From Patescibacteria group bacterium (GTDB taxonomy: Bacteria; Patescibacteriota; 4484-211): 64,000 nucleotides of DNA. A program made the position numbers and the translations under genes. Shown in pieces: positions 59,460-64,000 of this stretch (position 1 is its first letter; every line of letters starts with the position of its first letter). Under the pieces are notes generated by a model, which searched no databases, was not told where the DNA came from, and saw only the letters and a list, made by a program, of their open reading frames with translations. The stretch lies in assembly GCA_018824115.1 (NCBI GenBank), contig JAHJGY010000070.1, positions 1,632 to 65,631 on the forward strand, given 5' to 3'.

Positions 59460-60086
59460 ATGGCTAGATATACTGGACCAAAATGCAAATTGTGTCGTCG
59501 TGAAGGCAAGAAACTCTTTCTTAAAGGGAAAAAATGTGATTTGGTAAAGTGCTTAATTGAAAAGAAGGGCGCTGTTCCTCCAGGGGAATTGCCTAAGCGC
59601 CGTCGTCCTAGAGTGACTGATTACGGGCGAAGATTAAGAGAAAAACAACGAATAAAACGAACCTATGGAGTATTGGAATCACAATTTAGACGATATTTAA
59701 GTGAGGTTGATCGCAGTGATGGGGACTTTGGGTTATCATTGATGAGGTTATTGGAATCGCGGCTAGATAATGTTATCCGTAGATTGGGGTATACCTGGTC
59801 GCTAAATACTGCACGCCAGTTAGTTAGGCATGGCCATATTTTGGTTAATGGCGAAAAAGTTGACATCCCTTCATATAATATTAAAGAGGGTCAAGTAATA
59901 AGTTTGACCCCAGAAGCACGTAAGTTATTAATAGTTCAACAAGCTTTAAGTGAGATTCCTACCGAGGATATCCCATCCTGGTTAGTTAGAAAGGGAGACG
60001 TTGGTAAAGTTGGGCGGCTTCCGGACAAGGATGATTTTGCTGAAGATTTTGACTTTGGTTTAATTCTAGAGTTCTATTCTCGATAA
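59460..60086 (+). CDS. rpsD: 30S ribosomal protein S4
   Basis: MARYTGPKCKLCRRE, LESRLDN, ARQLVRHGH, EFYSR. Confidence 0.98.
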   Translation: MARYTGPKCKLCRREGKKLFLKGKKCDLVKCLIEKKGAVPPGELPKRRRPRVTDYGRRLREKQRIKRTYGVLESQFRRYLSEVDRSDGDFGLSLMRLLESRLDNVIRRLGYTWSLNTARQLVRHGHILVNGEKVDIPSYNIKEGQVISLTPEARKLLIVQQALSEIPTEDIPSWLVRKGDVGKVGRLPDKDDFAEDFDFGLILEFYSR

Positions 60087-60089
60087 ACA

Positions 60090-61022
60090 ATGCCATTATT
60101 TGATCCAGAGATTAAAATTGAAAAAGAGACAGATACAGAGGCGATCCTATTGGTTGGACCACTTGAGCGAGGTTTAGGCCACACAGTAGGTAATAGTTTG
60201 CGTCGGGTAATGCTCTCGTACTTATCAGGAGCTGCAGTTACTGAGATGAGAATCGGGGAGGTGCCGCATGAGTTTTCCACGATTAAAGGCGTTAAAGAGG
60301 ATGTTATCGAACTAATGTTGAATGTGAAGAGGGTTAATTTTAAAATGGACTCTTTAAAACCGCTGATTGTGACAATAGAGGCTGAGGGTGTTGGGAAAGT
60401 TAAGGCGGGAGACCTGAAATGTCCTGCCGGGTTAGAGATTTTGAATAAGGACCTCGTGTTAGCAAATCTTACGGATAAAAAGGCAAAGTTAAGGATGGAA
60501 TTAAAAGTTGAGAATGGGCGAGGTTACGCATTGGTGGATCAGCAGCAAGCGAAAGTTGGGGTGATCCTTATTGACGCGGATTTTAGTCCAGTTCGAAAAG
60601 TGGCGTATCGAGTAGAACCAGTGCGTAAAGGGCGAGTTAGCGGTTTAGATCAGGTAGTATTTGAAATTGTCACCGATGGTTCGACTACCCCGAGAGACGC
60701 GTTGCGTCAGGCGGCAGCGGTTTTGGAAGAGCACTTCAGTTTGCTTAAGGAAGGGGCGGAGGTTCAGGTAACATGGGATGAGACGCAAGAAGTTAAAAAG
60801 GAAGTAGAAGTGGTATCTTCCCCGCCCCTAGAGTATTTAGAAGAATTGAATTTACCAACAAGATTGCTTAATGCCTTGAAAGAGGCGGGGGTTCAGACAT
60901 TAGAAGATATAGATCGAGTTGGGGAAGAAGGTTTATTAAAAATTAAGAACGTTGGCCCTAAAAGTATTAGCTTAATCTCGAAAGCTAGAGAGACTAGAAC
61001 AGAGAAGTCTGTTGGTCAGTAA
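60090..61022 (+). CDS. rpoA: RNA polymerase subunit alpha
   Basis: PLERGLGHTVGNSLRR, HEFSTIKGVKED, DADFSPV, alpha-CTD. Confidence 0.98.
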   Translation: MPLFDPEIKIEKETDTEAILLVGPLERGLGHTVGNSLRRVMLSYLSGAAVTEMRIGEVPHEFSTIKGVKEDVIELMLNVKRVNFKMDSLKPLIVTIEAEGVGKVKAGDLKCPAGLEILNKDLVLANLTDKKAKLRMELKVENGRGYALVDQQQAKVGVILIDADFSPVRKVAYRVEPVRKGRVSGLDQVVFEIVTDGSTTPRDALRQAAAVLEEHFSLLKEGAEVQVTWDETQEVKKEVEVVSSPPLEYLEELNLPTRLLNALKEAGVQTLEDIDRVGEEGLLKIKNVGPKSISLISKARETRTEKSVGQ

Positions 61023-61040
61023 TCAGCCTTTGGTGGAAAA

Positions 61041-61409
61041 ATGCGTAAAAGAAGAAAGGGGAAGAAATTTTCACGTGAGCAAGGGCATCGACGGGCGCTA
61101 TTTAGAAGTCTTGCATTGGGGTTTTTTCTACATGAAGAGATTAAAACGACTCTTTCTAGAGCGAAAGCATTACGTCCTTTTGTAGAGAAGATTATTACGA
61201 GAGCTAAACGTGGTCGCCCTAGTGATGCTGTTGCTCTGCGGCAATTGTTTCCTCGACCTGACATTGTAAAAAAATTAGTTCAAGAAATTGGACCGCGGTT
61301 TAAGAACCGGGCGGGTGGTTATACCCGTGTTCTAAAGCTGGGGCCGAGACGTGGAGACGGAGTGGAAATGGCGATTATCCAGATGGTGAACGAGGAAGAG
61401 AAATCCTAA
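61041..61409 (+). CDS. rplQ: 50S ribosomal protein L17
   Basis: IKTTLSRAK, RAGGYTRVLK...RRGD. Confidence 0.98.
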   Translation: MRKRRKGKKFSREQGHRRALFRSLALGFFLHEEIKTTLSRAKALRPFVEKIITRAKRGRPSDAVALRQLFPRPDIVKKLVQEIGPRFKNRAGGYTRVLKLGPRRGDGVEMAIIQMVNEEEKS

Positions 61410-61435
61410 ATTCGAATTTCGACTTTATATACGTT

Positions 61436-61864
61436 ATGTTTGACAAAAATATTAAACCTAATGAGATACAACGCGAGTGGTTCATTATTGATGCTAGTGA
61501 GGAAATACTAGGCCGAATGTCCACGCATATTGCTGATATCCTCCGCGGAAAACACAGGCCTTACTTTAGTCCTCAGTGGGATATGGGTGATTATGTGATT
61601 GTGGTTAATGCGGAAAAAGTAAAGTTAACGGGGAAAAAGGATAAACTAAAGATGTACTACCGGCATACGGGATATCCCGGCGGGTTTCGCGAGGAGACAG
61701 CGGGAAAAATGCGGGCGAGGAAGCCTGAGAGAATGGTGCAACTGGCAGTAAAGCGGATGCTTCCAAAGAATCGTTTATCTAGACAGATTATAAAGAAGAT
61801 GTTTGTCTATGCTGGATCGGAGCATCCACATGGAGCACAACAGCCAAAGGAATTGAAGTTCTAA
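61436..61864 (+). CDS. rplM: 50S ribosomal protein L13
   Basis: WFIIDA..LGR, GDYVIVVNA, HTGYPGG, HPHGAQ. Confidence 0.98.
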   Translation: MFDKNIKPNEIQREWFIIDASEEILGRMSTHIADILRGKHRPYFSPQWDMGDYVIVVNAEKVKLTGKKDKLKMYYRHTGYPGGFREETAGKMRARKPERMVQLAVKRMLPKNRLSRQIIKKMFVYAGSEHPHGAQQPKELKF

Positions 61865-61885
61865 GTTGGAAGAGTGTTTGTAATT

Positions 61886-62284
61886 ATGCCTAAATCAGAA
61901 GTTGTTTGGACATCAGGAGGGAGAAAAACATCTGGAGCCCGGATTAAATTATCCAAGGGGAAGGGTTTGTTTGTTATCAACGATCTTCTGTTCGAGGAAT
62001 ATTACCCATTAGAAGTTGACCGCACCCTTTTATGCGAACCACTGGTAATTGTCGGATTAGAGGCGAAAGACTTTGATATTTCGTTAAAGGTTAGGGGCGG
62101 TGGAAAAAAATCGCAGCGCGATGCCTGCCGGCACGCCTTGGCCCGCGCTTTAGAAAAATACGACCCGGAATTAAGAAAACAACTTAAATCGGCTGGGTTT
62201 TTAACACGTGACGCACGGATGGTAGAGCGAAAAAAGTATGGGTTAAGGAAAGCTCGCCGTGCCCCTCAATTCTCCAAACGGTAA
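61886..62284 (+). CDS. rpsI: 30S ribosomal protein S9
   Basis: GGRKTS, GGG, LTRDARMVERKKYGLRKARRAPQFSKR. Confidence 0.97.
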   Translation: MPKSEVVWTSGGRKTSGARIKLSKGKGLFVINDLLFEEYYPLEVDRTLLCEPLVIVGLEAKDFDISLKVRGGGKKSQRDACRHALARALEKYDPELRKQLKSAGFLTRDARMVERKKYGLRKARRAPQFSKR

Positions 62285-62409
62285 ATTGGTTACGCGAACA
62301 GATGTAACCTTAACAGCCGCTTTACCACTACAGGTCGGCGCCCCTAAGGACGGTCCTTTTTTTACCTTGTTTTAAGCTTCGTGATATACTTTTCTAAAGT
62401 TTGCTTAGT

Positions 62410-62976
62410 ATGCCTAGAGTGTCTAGTAGTATCCACAAGTTAAATGCCGCAGTTGAATGGGTTCGTTCTCAGGAGGCTCCCCGTCAGAAAGTTCCTGTAT
62501 ATATTACTGTCCCACGGGAAGTTCTCCCACACGTTCTTGAAAATGGCTTGCGTGTTGGGAATAACCAAATGGCGAGTAAAGATCCGGAACTTCAAGATTT
62601 ATTCGAGCGAATTGCGCGGGAGATGAAAATTGATCTCGATAGAACAAGCTGTGTATATGCCTACCCAAACAAGAGGGATCAAGAAAATAGCCACTGGCAT
62701 GATGATGGAAATAGGGTTTTATTAGAAGTGGCCGTGGATCCATCGAAACCCATGTTGGTTACCGATGGTGAAATATACGCTAAAGCTCTCGCTTGTGCAC
62801 TTGGTAGTCATCACCAAAAGGGAACACCCGAAAGTTGGGCGCGGGAATATTGGAAGCGTGCGGTATCTATGCGAGAATATTTAGAGCAGACTGCACAAGG
62901 GAATTTACTTTTCGAATCGCCGGAACTTCTTATACCTTTTGATATTAGCCCAGAATCAATTAAGGTGATCCATTAA
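62410..62976 (+). CDS. Hypothetical protein, possible ADP-ribosyltransferase-like fold
   Basis: VYIT...VLENGL, CVYAY, VLLEV, ELLIP..I.PESI pattern. Confidence 0.6.
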   Translation: MPRVSSSIHKLNAAVEWVRSQEAPRQKVPVYITVPREVLPHVLENGLRVGNNQMASKDPELQDLFERIAREMKIDLDRTSCVYAYPNKRDQENSHWHDDGNRVLLEVAVDPSKPMLVTDGEIYAKALACALGSHHQKGTPESWAREYWKRAVSMREYLEQTAQGNLLFESPELLIPFDISPESIKVIH

Positions 62977-63111
62977 TAGATGCAAAGAGCTTGGTACACT
63001 TCCAAGATAGAATCCATTCTTAATTTAGCCCAAGGATAGGGAGTAGGTTGTTTACAAACATTGATTACTAATAGAATACCTGTATAATTTAATTAGGAAG
63101 GAGTGATTAAT

Positions 63112-63222
63112 ATGGTCAAAGGAAGAGATCGAGTCGGCAAAGCCGAAAAGAAAAAATCACAACTATCCATTAAAGAGAAAAGGCAAAAGAAGAAAGAAAA
63201 AAAGTTGGAAAGAGCTTCTTAA
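63112..63222 (+). CDS. Small lysine-rich protein (36 aa)
   Basis: MVKGRDRVGKAEKKKSQLSIKEKRQKKKEKKLERAS; promoter TTGATT-16-TATAAT (63061-63088) and SD AAGGAG. Confidence 0.65.
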   Translation: MVKGRDRVGKAEKKKSQLSIKEKRQKKKEKKLERAS

Positions 63223-63295
63223 CACCAGAGAACGAAACTACTTAATTACACCTCGGGTCGAGTACTCTTGGTCGGCACGCCTCACATCGCCCCTT

Positions 63296-63405
63296 TATTA
63301 ACAATTCAGCCCTACTCATCACCAGCCAGCCAACCAGCCCTATAGCTTGAATATTTCCCCGCATTATGTTACAATTCTGCCGATTTAAGCGTTTCGCTTT
63401 ATTCG
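63296..63405 (+). repeat. Promoter-containing direct repeat, copy A
   Basis: Aligns with 63895-64000; contains TTGAAT-17-TACAAT. Confidence 0.8.
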
Positions 63406-63444
63406 CGCGGCAGAGGCCGCTGCACACAAAAAGGAGGAATCGAA

Positions 63445-63753
63445 ATGGCAGTCTCGGTGCTTTTCAGTACGGTAGGGCACCTTGATGAGGGTCTTTTGGG
63501 GGCCGTAGAGATCAAGCTCTATAGCTGGGGTGTCCCTTTTGGCCCTGAAATGGATAAGGCCATGCGGATCGTGCGCGAGCACGTCGCGACCTGTAAATTG
63601 GTCGTCACCGTCCATGTGGGCGGCGAGGTCCCGCAGTCGCAGTATGACCAAGTGTCATCGATCACGGACCGCGTGACCGTCTACCACATGTTAGGCGGGG
63701 ATCTCTGGTTCGTGAGTCTCGCATGTGATGAGGCGTTTTTGCCCGAGGACTGA
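63445..63753 (+). CDS. Hypothetical protein
   Basis: SD AAGGAGG, own promoter, GC-rich, followed by a terminator hairpin. Confidence 0.7.
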   Translation: MAVSVLFSTVGHLDEGLLGAVEIKLYSWGVPFGPEMDKAMRIVREHVATCKLVVTVHVGGEVPQSQYDQVSSITDRVTVYHMLGGDLWFVSLACDEAFLPED

Positions 63754-63775
63754 CACTCATCACGCACACCTAGAT

Positions 63776-63812
63776 TCGGGGGGGCGCTTGCCCCCCCGAT
63801 TTGTCCTTTCTT
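63776..63812 (+). terminator. Intrinsic terminator
   Basis: TCGGGGGGGC/GCCCCCCCGA stem followed by a T-rich tract. Confidence 0.75.
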
Positions 63813-63894
63813 TCTTCGACTTACCTATAGAACTATAACTTTTTCCAAATCTGTGTATAGCTTCGATTGCAAAGTCAGCTCATTTCCCCCATAT

Positions 63895-64000
63895 TTACCA
63901 TTCAGCCTTACTTATCATTACCAACCAGTTAGGCCTATAGCTTGATTATTTCCCTGTATTATGCTACAATATTACTAGTTTAGACGTTTTGTTTTATTCG
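63895..64000 (+). repeat. Promoter-containing direct repeat, copy B (runs to the window end)
   Basis: Aligns with 63296-63405; contains TTGATT-17-TACAAT. Confidence 0.8.

Noticed and set aside
1-64000. CRISPR array, transposase, integrase or reverse transcriptase
   Set aside because: No regularly spaced identical repeats and no recognisable motifs for these enzymes in the ORF track.

Overview
This is a chromosomal segment of a small-genome bacterium using standard code 11, most likely Patescibacteria/CPR (WWE3/Microgenomates-like; inferred from an N-terminally reduced IF2, short AlaRS, the FtsA-like plus baseplate-J-like pair, a DUF4012 fusion and apparently leaderless transcripts). Most of it is housekeeping: dnaG-rpoD, tandem greA-lysS, nusA-ylxR-infB, recA-recX-rny-ymdB-HU, tgt, yifB/comM-pilNO, alaS, ftsK and the infA-rpmJ-rpsM-rpsK-rpsD-rpoA-rplQ-rplM-rpsI cluster, plus tRNA-Ser(GCT) and RNase P RNA. 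The most unusual item is a ~700-nt, non-coding, heavily base-paired region (~50870-51585). It lies directly downstream of a two-gene operon encoding a cold-shock-domain fusion protein and a small membrane protein, and is a candidate new large ncRNA/ribonucleoprotein system. Other signals: a dispersed modular hairpin element (TTCGGCTAAC-variable stem-GAGCCTCATTRA) in sense orientation just upstream of five start codons; REP-like palindromes nested inside RNase P RNA and inside coding sequences; a MerR-controlled UvrA2/DrrC islet; a Chloroflexi-like secreted beta-helix gene; and a duplicated promoter cassette at the right edge. All calls come from reading the sequence by eye; no database search or folding program was run.
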